Shown: positions 1 to 13,900 of the stretch, in pieces
Layout: every line of letters starts with the position of its first letter
Numbering within the stretch: the stretch's first letter is position 1
Source of the DNA: Leucoraja ocellata
Taxonomy: Eukaryota
Length of the DNA stretch: 64,000 bases
NCBI GenBank assembly: GCA_036785375.1
Contig: JAWMAR010000030.1
Coordinates: 6,076,001 to 6,140,000 of the forward strand
Reading direction: 5' to 3'
Made by a program: the position numbers and the translations under genes
Notes under the pieces: model-generated
What the model saw: the letters and a program-made list of their open reading frames with translations, nothing else
Databases searched by the model: none
What the model was told of the DNA's origin: nothing

Positions 1-202
1 TGAAGTTGTGAAATAGTCGTGTACCTCATAGGACAATCATTTGCCATTTCTGAGAACAGCATTCCTAATATTTTTAAGAACATCATAGAATTCTCTGGGT
101 AATTTGAGCAGCGGAGGTTGCAATACTGGGCAGTGGAGGTTGGAATTGAACCCAGGTCATTCTGCTAGCTGGGCACCACCAAGTTATTTTTATGAGAGCC
201 TG

Positions 203-550
203 TCAAGACAGAGTGAAGAATGTTTTATTGTCATGTGCACTGGGAGAGGAATGATGAAATCCTTACTTGCTGCAACTTTACAGGCTTATTCATGTAAGAA
301 CATAACATAAATGTATAGTATCAAAATACAATCATTTACTTGATGATACTGGATAACCAATAGTGTAACAGACGTATTGTCGAACAAAAACAAAGTCCAT
401 AGCAGATCATTGCTGAGGTAGGGCTGTGCAGTATGGATCAAAACCCTGATGGGAAGAAGCTATTCTTGAACATGGGTGTTATGGTTCTCGGGCTTCAGAA
501 CCACCTTCCCAATAGTAGCAGTGAGATGAGTGTGTGACCAGAGTGGTGTA
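203..550 (-). mobile_element. Degenerate Rex1/Babar-like LINE 3' fragment
   Basis: Similar to the better-preserved copy at 17005-17362. Confidence 0.55.
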
Positions 551-1566
551 ATGCTGGTCAGTGACCAAGAAGAAATTTGTGTCACTGTTGCAACCGCAGG
601 CCCTGGAGAACACGAGCCGTCTGGGATGATATTAACGTAATTACATGAATTAATGCTTTCAAAAGTACCTGTGCCCCTTGGTGAGGGTGTTGCTTTAATT
701 CATTTGGCTTTTATTTGCGTGTAAATTCGTGGAATATTTTATTTGCATGAAATTCACCATCTATCGCCTTAGAAAATAAGTGGAATTGTAAGTAAGTGTC
801 TTTATGTAGGGTCTTTGTGCTAATGTATCCAAAGTTACACTGTTGTTTTGTTTTGTTGGGGTAAATGTATACAAACCGTAATGAAAGATTTAGACTGAAA
901 TGCGTGCCTTTGAAAAAAGGAACAAGGTTTGAAGAAAGAAATTTGAGAACTTAATTTCATGTGAATAATGATAAGCTCAGAACTGAAGGACCATTAGCAT
1001 TTTGGATGTGATGGGACAAGAGAAGATTGCAAAGAAGACGATATAAACCATGGAGGAACTTGAAAGCAAAGATATTGGACAGCAATCTGGTTATTTGAGA
1101 GGCTATAGAAGTTGAATGGAGCTGGTGAGATGGAGTTGGATGTGGGTCATTACCATAAATGTAGAACTTGCAGTTTCTGCATATCTTATTGAAGTGCATC
1201 ATTTTGATGGTAATCAATTCTGTCCCTTTAGGAATTGATGGGGGGTGCTTTGTCCCTCTCAATTAATGGAGTTCTTTACTATTCTGACTACATTTCTAAA
1301 TTGTCACCACTTTCAGGAAGTAATCCCACTTTTAATTGATATACTAGACAATTTGTGCTGCACTTTTCTCCCTTTTAAATCACAAATGTTCATATCACAA
1401 GCATTTGGTGCCTGGTTAATAATGAAGGCAAGGTGCAAATGCCTGAAATGGTTATGAAATGTATGTAATTCTTTCTGCCTCATTTGTGAACTATATTAAC
1501 TCGCTGGCTGTTTTTACTTTTGTTTCTGTAGGAATCTTTATGACTGTAAATATATTCTATTTTCAG

Positions 1567-1971
1567 GCCCGCCTGCTTCTCGTCCTCCAGCTGCAACTAG
1601 TTTGCCGCCTGTGGGTCCAGCAGCGTATTCTGCAGCGCCTCAGAATATTCCCTCAAGCACACCGCAAGATAATAGCCATCCTCAGCATCCTTTTCCTGGG
1701 CAACCCTCCCCAGTGTCAACCTTCTTGTCTCCTCCCACATCAATAGGTCTTACGGGTGTGATTCATCCTCCTTCAGTTGGAATGCAAAGACCTCCTACGA
1801 TGCATGGACAACCTCTGCCAGGACAGCCTCCATCGGGACCTTATCCACCCCAGCCTAATCACAGATCTTTGGGTCCACAGCCTGGTATGCCAGGACCAAT
1901 CCCTGGTGCTCCAACACAGGGCTTTCAAATGCATCCAGCACCTAATCAGGGATTTGTACCACAACAGAACG
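1567..1971 (+). CDS. SEC24C: SEC24C Pro/Gln-rich exon
   Basis: ttttcag|GC...AACG|gtaagc; 405 nt, phase 1-1; overlaps ORF 1602..1994. Confidence 0.88.
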
Positions 1972-4900
1972 GTAAGCTTTTATGCAATACATAGAACAAA
2001 GTTTTCTCTGATCGATATCTATGCTACAGAATGATTTTCAGAACTGTACTGCCCAGGAATGAAAATATTTCTGTCTCACCCACATGAGCCCCACTTTCAA
2101 ATATGAGTTCTAAGTAAAAGCAGGAAGGGAAGTTGAGCAACTGAATATGTTTTCCCAGCAAGATTTTGAACGTGCTGCCTAAAAGGGCTGTGGAACCAAT
2201 CCAGTCATACATTATAATGAGGAACTGGATGGATGCATTACACAATTCTGGGGAAGATGCTCTGAAGTGGGACTCAAAAGATAATTTTTTTGAAAAATTA
2301 TGCTGTCTAGATGTTACAGATGCCTACCTTGTTGTGTACTTTTTTTTATTAGATATGCATTCTGCTTAGTCTATTTTATAAGGGTGACTATCCAATTTGT
2401 CAGTGAATTTGCACAAAAGCAAATTGGTGTTGTAAGAATGGATAGTGGTGTTCTGTAAAGTTGGGATATGCTAGTCTGCCACTTACCTTGATGTGATGTT
2501 CTAGGTTCCTTTGCGCAAATGAGGGCGCCCCAACCAAATTATGCCGCACCTTCCACTGGAGCACCAAATTACAGCAGTCAACCTCCACCTCAGCAGAAAC
2601 GATTGGACCCGGACAGCATTCCAAGCCCTGTAAGCACACTGGGTTTTTTTGTTTTTGTTATTCACCCTGTTGTGTTCTAATGTTTGTAGAACTGCTCAGT
2701 AAATTTTCTCACTTTCTGCTCGAAATTGGTTGAAAAGGATTCACTTGCATGGATATGTTGGAGATTTGAATGTAAACCACCCCCCCCCCCACGTTTTTCA
2801 ATGTGTTTGAACCCATGTTCACAAGTCGTTTTTTTTTTAATATAGCCTGTACGTGTACGTAACCAGCTTTTGTCACAGCACAAGCTGTGTCTAGTAATAG
2901 CAATTCCTGCACTAGCAAATTGTGTTACTTGGATCCAATTTTCTTCAGAATAGTTTGGAATTCTGGTGGCCTTACGCTTGTGGGACAAACTAGTTCATTC
3001 CTGATCTGGTATCAATATCTTGAGAGTACGAGATGTAGAAAGAATGAGATGTAGAAAGAGTGAGGCTGTTAGACAAGGCAGCAGGATTGGACCTGAAACG
3101 CCAAGATAGGTATTGAGGCAAGGTAATAAACAACCTTGCTATAAGGTGCTTTAAACTTGTAATCCATTGTGGCACCATTACAGGGCTGATTTATTTCTGA
3201 TATATCAGGTAATGTTTAATTACCATTGTAGATTTTACTACATCTGTTAGTTGAATACCTAGCATCCATGTATTATACATGTTATACTAGTATTATACAT
3301 GTTATTTTAACGTACTCAAAAATAATTTTAACATAGAAACATAGAAAATAGGTGCAGGAGTAGGCCATTCGGCCCTTCGAGCCTGCACCGCTATTCAATA
3401 TGATCATAGCTGATCATCCAACTTGGTATCCTGTACCTGCCTTCTCTCCATACCCCCTGATCCCTTTAGCCACAAGGGCCACACCTAACTCCCTCTTAAT
3501 TTACAGTTACGTTGTTGCTGACCACATGAATTTAGATACCCAAATCAGGCTGTATCAATATGTCTGAAAACGATCTAAGATATATATGTAATATGTCCAG
3601 GGTAAAAATGCAGCATTCCCAATCATTGCAGATGTTAAAAATCTAATACCAAAAGTGCTAGAAATACTTGCCAATAAACCAATATTGAATATTTTGGCAC
3701 CTGTAACTATAAGACTCCTGAAGACCTAAAGTTCACTTTTCAGGCTGAGCTTTTAAGTAGTTTAGGTGGACATGAAGCATGTGAGTTAATTGGTGATAAT
3801 GCTTAGAAGAATCTCTGGAAAGAGTAGTAGAACTGTGAATTTGATAATTATTTTTGAAACCAATGCAATAATGGGGAGATTGTTGGTTCTTTGTGAATAG
3901 GTGAGTTTGAATGAAGTTATTTCTGTTTGTGCAGTTATCCTCGAGACTTTGGATTGAGTGTTTGCAGAATTTATGAAAGCAGATGATTCAAAGACTTTGA
4001 ATCTTTGTTAGGGAGTGTTTAAATTATTTTACTACTTTAAACAAATATTTTCAGATCAGTAAATGCGTAGATTAGTGGTGATTTTTTATAATTGAAAAGG
4101 AAATGGTTGAAAAGAGAATTCTGCCAGTATCCCAACACTTTTGCATAGGTTGCCATAGATATACATCGATCTCAGGGAAAAGAGGTACTATTTTACTTTA
4201 AGCAGTTGCAGCGATTATCTTTGTGTTTTGCACCATTTGGAATTAATTCTGGTGAGGATATTTTAATTATCGAAATTTTCCTACCCAGGAGATGAATGCG
4301 GTTGCTATGTTGCAAACATCCTTTCACAACTAACCATTTAATCATACAAGGTCGGTCTAATGTGTTTGGCTTTCTCAACTCATTTTTGTGTCTGGGAAAC
4401 TGGCATGAATGAAAGAAACATTAAAACCACACCATATAATTTTCAATCGTTTTTATTAAATTGCACTTAATTTTAGCAGATTTTCTGAATTAATATTGAA
4501 AAGCACATAATTGAAGAGCTAACACGTTTATAGATGGTATTATTTTCCCAGAATATTTTCTGGAAATGTTGATTTTCTTTTAAGGCAGTTAAGAGGTCTT
4601 GCATTTGGTATTGACGTGTTTAGATAGCTGTCTAACTGATTAGCACTACTTGCATGTGCAATGATGTATATCAAAGGACTTGCTGATATGGCACCATTTG
4701 TGTAGGAAGGTAGAAGTAACAATTGTTACTCTTGTTTCTCTCCTGTTTTGCTGCTCATTTGTGCCCTTTTAAGCAACTTAATGAACTGCCAACTCAAAAG
4801 AAAACAAGACATAGAATAGATCCAGATGCAATTCCTAGTCCAGTAAGTCTGCTTGTATGTACGTGCTGTTACCTTCTGCATTACTGCCCTGCTTAAACTC

Positions 4901-7900
4901 CAAAAGGCTCATTGATCTGCAATTATGAACGACATGCTGTAAGGTCATAATGTTGTTGCACTTTGTAGGTGCTATTTTGCAATTCCACTTTTTATTTAAA
5001 AGGTAAATGACAGCTAAAGTGAATGCCCAAGAAAATATTTATACTGCAAATCTTTCCAATAGATTACTAAAACTTTTATCATATGACTTGTGGATAATTT
5101 AGTATTTGAACACATTAATGTTGTGATCTTACAGTCATGTGTTAATAGGTTAGCATTAGATACAAATTTATATTTAATTACAGGATCTAAACTTGCATAC
5201 ATGGTGAGCATTTTTGGTCTGGATTTTAATTTCCAGCACTAACTAGCTTTATTAGCTAGATACTGTTTTTATTTTTTCCTCATTACACTTCATCAATATA
5301 ATTTCACTACATTTTTCATTATTTTTATGAAACCTGTGCAAGAGATGGAAACCCTCTTGTCTCTTTTTTGGGATATTTTTAATTGCAGAATCTTTGGTGT
5401 AGTAATTAGTAGTAACAATAAGTTTGGAGAAGTTTTAGAATGGACATTATATGTCATTCCAAAATCAAGCTAACTGAGAAAGCTAGCTGCGACTTTAATT
5501 ATTGGTACTTATGTGCTGTTATGACTCTTTAGAATTAATTTTAGTGGCCGCATAAAATCAATGTACTTATTTTGAATTTTTTCAGTGAAAAGCAGGTGCT
5601 GAATGAGTTTTTCTCCTATTGGAGGCTCTTCAATGATCCAGTCTGAGATACCTTTGACTGGCAAATGTTTGGTGTAATGCAAGTCTAGATTCGATGTGTA
5701 AAGGATTTTCTACTTTCCCTGTCCTTTCCAAGCATTGCCAATTTTTTCTAATTCATCTGTGTTGCACCCTTTAGATATTCACTTTAGTGCTTTTGTGTTG
5801 TTCCATAGGCATCAAAAACCTATTTGGTACACTGTCCAAATGGTTAATTGAGACAATAGACACTGTGAGCAGGGTGGAGAGGCTACCACAGTTGAACGCG
5901 CGATCGTGTACACCTTTGCATTTGAACAGTTATCACTGAACATTAATTGGGAATTTGGGCTGATTTCTTTACTCTTGGCATGTTAGGAGTGCTAAAGGCA
6001 ATTATGATCCAATGTTGATTTGCAAACTTAGCTTCCAGGCCATTTATGGCTCAGGCAGCACACGCATTAACAAGACTGTTAGCAAAGGTTTAAGTGGTTA
6101 GTTAATGTTACATAGTGGAATTGGCTGCTCATCCTTTTATACCAGCTTATAGTGCATCTATTCATCTCTACAAATGATAATGGATAGCTTGAACTTTAAT
6201 AAATGACTAAAATATTGTATTGTGTGCTGTAACAGATCCAAGTAATTGAGGATGATAAGTCGAATCGAGGATCTGAACCATTTTCGACAGGTGTAAGAGG
6301 ACAAGTTCCACCACTCGTGACGACTGACTTTGTGGTAAAGGATCAAGGTAGATTTAATTTGCTCAGCTTCAACAAAGTTCCTTCATATTTGTGATTTGTA
6401 TGCAAATCATATTGACCTCTTTCACACAAGAGGGGAAAGATTTAATAGGAACCTAAGGAGCAACTTTTTCCACACATGATATATGAAAAAAGCTGCCAAA
6501 TGAAGTAGTTTAGGCTAGGAAAGGCCATAGATATGGACCAGACATGGGCAAATGGAACTCGCTTAGATTGGGCATCTTGGTTGGCATAGATGAGTTGAGC
6601 CGACAGTTGAGATGAATTTAACCTAATTCAAGATGTACCCACATCTGTCAATATGTCTCGGTTGTAAAAATATTGGGTGATTTTCACATTGATGTAATAG
6701 AGACTCTGTAATAGAAAATTAATGGGATCAATGATTCAAGAATTGTATGTCTCAATTTACAGTTCAGTGGCTTTTAGCCAACAAAGTAACTAGCAAATAT
6801 GTGTGTTATTTTGTCCACAGTTGTGATTACTTGCCAATCTTTTTCTCTTTTCAAACCAACCTACGAATGTTTTAGATCACTGATGTTTCCTTGCAGTGTA
6901 TGATGTATGTTACATACAATTGAAGCACTCAAAAATACTGTAAATTAAGTTTTTTCTGTTTTTATTAAATCAATGAAAAAGAGCACACCAAATGGAGGTT
7001 TACTAATGAAATGGCTCCTTAGTAGTGCATTTATAAGGTAAAACTTTGATTTCATCGGAGAATAAAACTTATTTTGTTCTCTTGCAGGGAATGCAAGTCC
7101 TCGTTTTGTTCGATGTGCAACTTACAATATACCTTGCACTTCAGACATGGCAAAACAATGTCAGGTTCCCCTCACTACAGTCATAAAACCACTTGCCACG
7201 CTGCCAGCTGATGAGGTAATCTGCACTACAAACTCCCAAATGAATGGAATGTTCAAACTATATTCCTTTTAAAAGCGGGCGCTACTTTTAATTCTGTTTG
7301 CAGTCATGTGTATTTTATACTAAAGCATCTTTAACACTCAGATGGTGGTAACTGAAGTACTGAAAAGCATATGTGTTAGTATTAGCCTTGATTGGATGAA
7401 CCCTCCAACTAGGAATTAGACCCATTATGAGTAGCTGATGAGTCACTTTTTGCATGTGGTTACTTTAAGTAAAAGCAAGGAGGAGAGAATCAGTTGTGGC
7501 AAATAGCCCAGCTTGAGGTGTGCATGTGTGGAGAGGCTCCACCTGCAATGGACTTCTGACAGGGCAAGATTCTGGGATTGAAGCAACTGTTGAACATTCT
7601 CATGACGTCTCTCTGAGCTCGAGTGAGCTCAAGCCTCTGGTTGGAGAGCAACCATTGCGTGATTCTGTGCAGATGAACATTGGCTTCATGGCAGACTTTC
7701 TGGGAAGTATCTTACTGGCATTACCCGGCAGTCGATGCTATCAACAAGGTAAAAGAGAAAGTAAACTAGAAAATCAAATGGATCCAAACTTTATGTGGAG
7801 CCCATTGTCTCGTAATTTAAATAGTTTGATTTGCGGGTTGTCAGTGATTGAGTTAATTTGTTTCATGACAGTGTTGCTATGGTTATCCTGGGACTGATTG

Positions 7901-10900
7901 GACAAGAAATGCAGGCAAATTCACTTGCTCTCTATTTCATTTAGAGTTGGGATTTTATAACTTAAATAATGCATCCTTGTACTCTTCTATTTCTGAGCCG
8001 GGAGCGTTACTGTAGGTCAGTTGAAGCGAAGCACGGTAGTGAACTTGTCACTCTTTCCACATTCAACCTTTGAAATTGGATCTGCCTGTATTTGAGTATG
8101 TCTGTGTACTGGCAGCTGCTAAACGTGCCAACAACAAGCATTGAACCCCAGTTATGGGGTAGAAAAACCTTTTGTCTGTAGAAACACTCTAAATTTAACT
8201 ATCCGGTTCAATAAAACTTTTAATGGCAAGGAAAAAATTAAGTCCATTAAGTTCACCACACAGAAAATAGTTTTGTTAGGGCAAGCTATTGAACACATAC
8301 CCTATCATTCTCATTAAATGAATTTATATTTGCTCAGGAAATATCAACCCAGCAACACTTAATGCACAGTCTTTCTGAAGCAATACTGATACAGGTATCA
8401 ATTAAATGCCATATTTTGTTCAAGTTCTTTGTGATGTTGATTCCATTTTGTCTGCTGCAGCTGTTGAAATGAATCCAAAAACTGTAAGTGACACCATGGC
8501 TTGCTCAGTGGCTTGCTCAGCACATTGGTTTGGAGATTTCAAAATTGTATACCATGCACTTTTTAGAAGGAGTTAATACACTTATTTTACTCTTTAATTA
8601 AAGATAAATTTGGAGTAGATTAAGAATTTTCAGACTGAAAACATGAATTAACTTTACATTAAGGTTAGTAGTCACAGCTGTAAAATCCGAGGGTTCCGTT
8701 TTTTGATGAGTTCTCAGTTATTCTGCTATAACGAAATTTGGAGATTGAGTTCATGATTGTTGGTCCCTTAAATTTGAAGAAATTGCATTCTGATTTTGCC
8801 TTATTATGTATCCGTGACTGGACTTGTTTTGTTTGATGATCACTTTGGTACAGGAGAGGTGGGGTCTTGCAGTTCAGTTGTTAAACTGAGGTTCCTTCTG
8901 TCCTGTATGGTTGTTCATGATTTCAGGAAATTATCATGGTATACTGGTTACCTGTTATCCCTAACCAACACCACCCAAAATGATGATCTTGTTACCAACA
9001 AAATGGTTGACTTGTTTAAACATGTAAGGAAGCAATTGCACAGAAAATGAAGATGTGAATGTAAAAGGTGCAATATAAATAGGCTTACTTTAAATGATAC
9101 AAAAAAAAGGTTTGTTTAGTCCAATGCAAATTATTTCCAGGTTGATGCAGTTTTTAAAGTATTTTATTTTAATGTCTTTCATTTTCTGAAGCGCTTAGTT
9201 GTGGAACTATACTGAAGCTTTTTTAATCTTTTTTCAAATTGCAGGCACACCCTTTCATTGTAGATCATGGAGAGACTGGCCCTATACGGTGCAATAGGTG
9301 CAAGGCCTACATGTGTCCTTACATGCAGTTTATTGAAGGAGGGCGCAGATTCCAATGTGCATTTTGCAGTTGTGTCACAGAAGGTAACTCGTAGAAGGAG
9401 AACTATATTTTTTTGCTCAAATTGTGTCTCCCTCATGTAATGTTCCCATGAAAAACTAGAATGAAAGAGCAGAGTGTTAGCACCATGCTAATACTAACTT
9501 CTGAACATGTCGGAGATTATATGCCCTCCTTCTAACTTGCCTTGCCCATTGATACAGGAGCTATTGAGGGTATGTGTATACATTTTTCAGCCTTTGTTCA
9601 GGACCTCTTAACTCCTTGTCCTGCAAGATATTTGATTTGTTATCATTTTTGACATTCTTAAAAATAATTAATCTCTATGCTGCGATTAAATTGAAATTGT
9701 ACATTTTTAGTGACAAGTGCTTTTAGGTTTATTGTAATGTGAATGACTTGTCCTGGTTCCCATCCTACCTTTCTAGCATACCCAATAACACATTGTAACT
9801 CCTGTTTCTCCTTCCTCAGTACTGCCTCACTATTTCCAACATTTGGATCACACCGGCAAGCGAATGGACTACTACGATCGACCAGAACTGTCACTTGGTT
9901 CCTATGAATTTTTAGCCACTGTAGACTACTGCAAGGTATTCCATACATGTTACCTATTTCTTAATCTGCAAACCCCTATCATTGGAGTAAAATCTAAGGG
10001 TTTTATTTATATAAATACCTGTTCGGCAGATCTAATCCAAGCTTTCCAAATTGCACCCCATGGCTTTAAATAATACGTTGATTTAATTGATGTGGGTAAC
10101 TCCCCCTCCCATTCCCGAAGGGTCTCGACTTGAAACGTCACCCATTCCTTCTCTCCAGAGATGCTGCCTATCCTGCTAAGTTACTCCAGCTTTTTGTGTC
10201 TCACCACACTGACCTTTCTGTCCTGGATCTCCTCCATTGTCAGAGTGAGGCCCAGCACAAATTGGCAGAACAGCACCTCCTATTTCACTTGAGCAACTTG
10301 CACCCCAGCGGTATGAACATTGACTTCTCTAATTTCAAGATACCCTTGCTTTCCCCTTCTCTCCATCCCTCCCATTCCCAGTTCTCCGACCAGTCTTACT
10401 GTCTCCAACTACATTTTATCTGTTTGCTTTGTTGTTACCTTCTCCCAGCTAACAAAAATCTATTCTACATTTTCCTTGATCTCCATTCTTTTTGCCCTGT
10501 TTTCAAACCTTCACACTTCCTTATCTATCTATCTATCTCCCTCCCCCTGACGTCAGTCTGAAGAAGGGTCTCAACCCGAAACGTCACCCATTCCTTCTCT
10601 CCAGAGATGCTGCCTGATCCGCTGAGTTACTCCAGCATTTTGTGTCTATCTTTGGTTTACACCAGCATCTTCAGTTTCTTCATACACATTTCAATGTCTA
10701 TTTATGTATTTGAATAAAAGTGGCTCAAAGCCAAAGCTGCAACATGGCAATGTATTAACATTTTCAAATGTTTTTCTGCTGGTATGCCTACCATTGTCAT
10801 GTCATCCATTGTGGGTGGCTTTATGAGAGTGAGAAGACCGAGATATTGCTTGTTTTTAAACATTTATTCCTTTTTTTGTCGAGATAAAAATCAGGGCGTA

Positions 10901-13900
10901 CCCCTGCGGGTATAGCTTCAGCAGAACGCTGTCATGAAGTTTGGTTGTCCCCATTTTTAATCTTTCTATTGCAGACAGTAATCATAATTGGTGCAGCTCT
11001 AATATACATGCTTTAGTCTCGGCAGTGTTTGTTTACACAGATGCAAAGGGTTTTGCTGAATTGGACATATGATTCTTCAATTGTAACTTAAAAAGGATTT
11101 ATTTTACAGAATAATAAATTTCCTAATCCACCTGCATTCATCTTTATGATCGATGTATCCTACAATGCACTGAAAAGTGGGCTGGTTCACCTATTATGTG
11201 AGGAGCTTAAAACTCTGTTGGACTTCCTTCCAAGGTAAGATAATTTTGCTGTTTCTGCATAAAGGGAAATTACTGTCACTATTGATTCTCTACATTTTCT
11301 CATCAAGAAAGTCTAACTAAAAGACCTGCTGAAAGATACCATCCATTCTACCATCCATTCTACTAAACACTTTTAAAAGGAAAATTATTTTATTAATCTT
11401 TTAAAGTGAGCAACCTCATTTTTGCAGTTTCCCTGATATGATGATAAATTTCTGCCCTTTTTCTTGTATGGTGTGCAGACTGAGACAACTAATATATAAA
11501 AATGAAGACATAAGGAACAGCAGATGATGGAATCTTAAGCAAAACATGGTACAGGAGGAATTCAGCATATAGAGCAGCATCTGTGGAGGCAATGAACAGG
11601 TGATGTTTCGGGTCGAGATGCTCCTTTAGATTGAAGAAGGATTCCTGGCCAAAAGGGTTCCAGCCCTGTCCATGCTTCCACAGATGCTGCCAGATTTACT
11701 AAATTCCTCTAGCAATTTGTGTTTTGCTTAATGTATATTAAATGTTTCTTGAAGGTAGACATAAAATGCTGGAGTACCTCAGCGGGACAGGCAACATCTC
11801 TGGAGAGAAGGAATGGGTGACGTTTCGGGTCGACCCCACCCGACTTCTTCTTGACGCGAAATGTCACACATTTCTTCTTGCCAGAGATGCTGCCTGTCCT
11901 GTTGAGTTACTCCAGCATTTTGTGTCTATCTTTGTTTTAAACCAACATCAGCAGTTCCTTCCTACACACTTAAATGTTTCTTGTACCCCTCGGAGACACA
12001 GCATCATATTTCCCTTCAATTTTAAATTATTCATCATATTGTACTTTTTTCTGCCTGTTTGGAAGTCTCATCTGCATTAATATTGCTTTGTGACCATTAT
12101 TATAGCTTGTGCGTTACCCATATTCAAGCATAGAGTACATTTAAGGCATTACACTAAGGGCCTTTGCAATTTCAAACTTAGTGCTAAAAAAATGAATGAG
12201 TTTGAATTTCTTGTTTCTCTTCTAGGGAGGGCAATGCAGACGAATCTGCAATAAGGGTTGGCTTTGTAACATATAACAAAGTTTTACATTTTTACAATGT
12301 TAAGAGCTCGTTAGCTCAGCCACAAATGATGGTGGTGTCCGATGTAGCTGACATGTTTGTGCCCTTGCTTGATGGATTCCTGGTCAATGTGAATGAGTCA
12401 CGGGCTGTGATAAACAGGTAAGAAACCAATCTTGTGAGAATGTTATAGTGTCATGTTAGAAAACTACTTACAAAAACATTACACAGCAGAATACACTAGC
12501 GTAAGATTTTGAGTGATTATTTCCATGAACTCTGCGAAATTACGAAGCCTGTTCTATGATATTGGGGTAATTGGAATCATTAGTCAAAAGATCTGAAATT
12601 TGAAACTTTACATCAAAGGTGGGTGACTGGCAGAAAGGGGAGTAACCATGGCATGCAGGATTCCCCAGTTGCTGTGCCAAATGAAAACAGGTACACCCTC
12701 TTGGGAGCTGTCGAGACTTGCAGTTGCTGAGTTATAGCTGCTGTCCCTTCATTCTGTGACTGCTCCAATTCTGCAGCATGGATAGGAATTCATTTTCAGC
12801 TGCCCGGATTTCAAGACTGCTTTTGATGAATTCTCGGCATAGTTTGATTTTATCATTTGCCGTTGTGCAGTTTACATTAGTGACCTTTGGATTGTGTGAT
12901 CAAAACCAGATCCTTGTACCTTAAAATTAAATGACTTAACAGCTCAAAGTGCAAAAGAGCAGATTTGTTTGGTTCAATCTTGGTATTGACAATTGAATTT
13001 CCATAATACAGTTAATGTAACTGAATTGCAGTCTTGCTGATTGGCTTAAAGTAAAATCAAATTAATAATGCCATTTATTATTTTCAGTTTATTAGAACAG
13101 ATTCCTGAAATGTTTGGTGATACCAGAGAAACTGAGACAGTTTTTGGACCTGTTATTCAAGCTGGCCTGGAAGCCCTCAAGGTAAGTCTCCCTTTTATAT
13201 CCACATCAGAATCTGCATTTTGGTAGCAAATCGGGTGGAATATCTCACTTTGACACAAAGCTGGAGTAACTCAGCAGGACATGCAGCATCTCTGGAGAGA
13301 AGGAATAGGTGACGTCTAGGTCGAGACCCTTCAGTCCAATGATTAATAAGGTGCTGATGACATTTTGTATTTGCAGGCAGCTGAATGTGCTGGCAAACTG
13401 TTTATATTCCACTCCACCCTGCCTCTTGCTGAAGCGCCTGGAAAGCTAAAGAATAGAGATGACAAGAAGCTAATCAACACAGACAAAGAAAAGGTTTGTA
13501 GGATATTTTTAAAGATGGGTTTACATTATTTGAAGTTCATTGTTTCCGAGGTAGTGGTATTTGAAGAACTGTATTTTCTGAGCAGCTTATTAAAACATTT
13601 GTTCTTTGAATATCTGAATCAATGAGGGCGCTGAATCAGCATTCGGCTGGGGAAAGGCAGATTCAAATGCCTCTGACGGATTGGGTTTTTAAGGTTTCAG
13701 GCTTCAAGATAATTTTGTCGAATGGTGCCTAAAAATGTTAAAACAACTGAATTTCCTGTTTTTACAGGAGTGGTAAGGCACTTATCAATCTTGGTCCCAC
13801 TCAGCTTTCTCCTTGCAATCAATGTAAGCTTAATGAACTGTGCTCACTTTCTGACTCGGTATATGACAGCCATGACATTGAGAAAATGATTGCGGATAAT

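Noticed and set aside
7520-7897. 125-aa ORF as an independent gene
   Set aside because: Non-ATG start, intronic, no recognisable domain; kept only as a weak cryptic-exon idea
10130-10561. 143-aa ORF
   Set aside because: Read-through of decayed Penelope sequence
3030-11362. Short direct duplications (about 3030, 3270, 8498, 11338)
   Set aside because: Two-copy 12-17 nt slippage duplications; not an array and not CRISPR-like
13625-13675. Intronic hairpin as a miRNA or snoRNA
   Set aside because: Pairing is short and imperfect; no convincing C/D or H/ACA boxes
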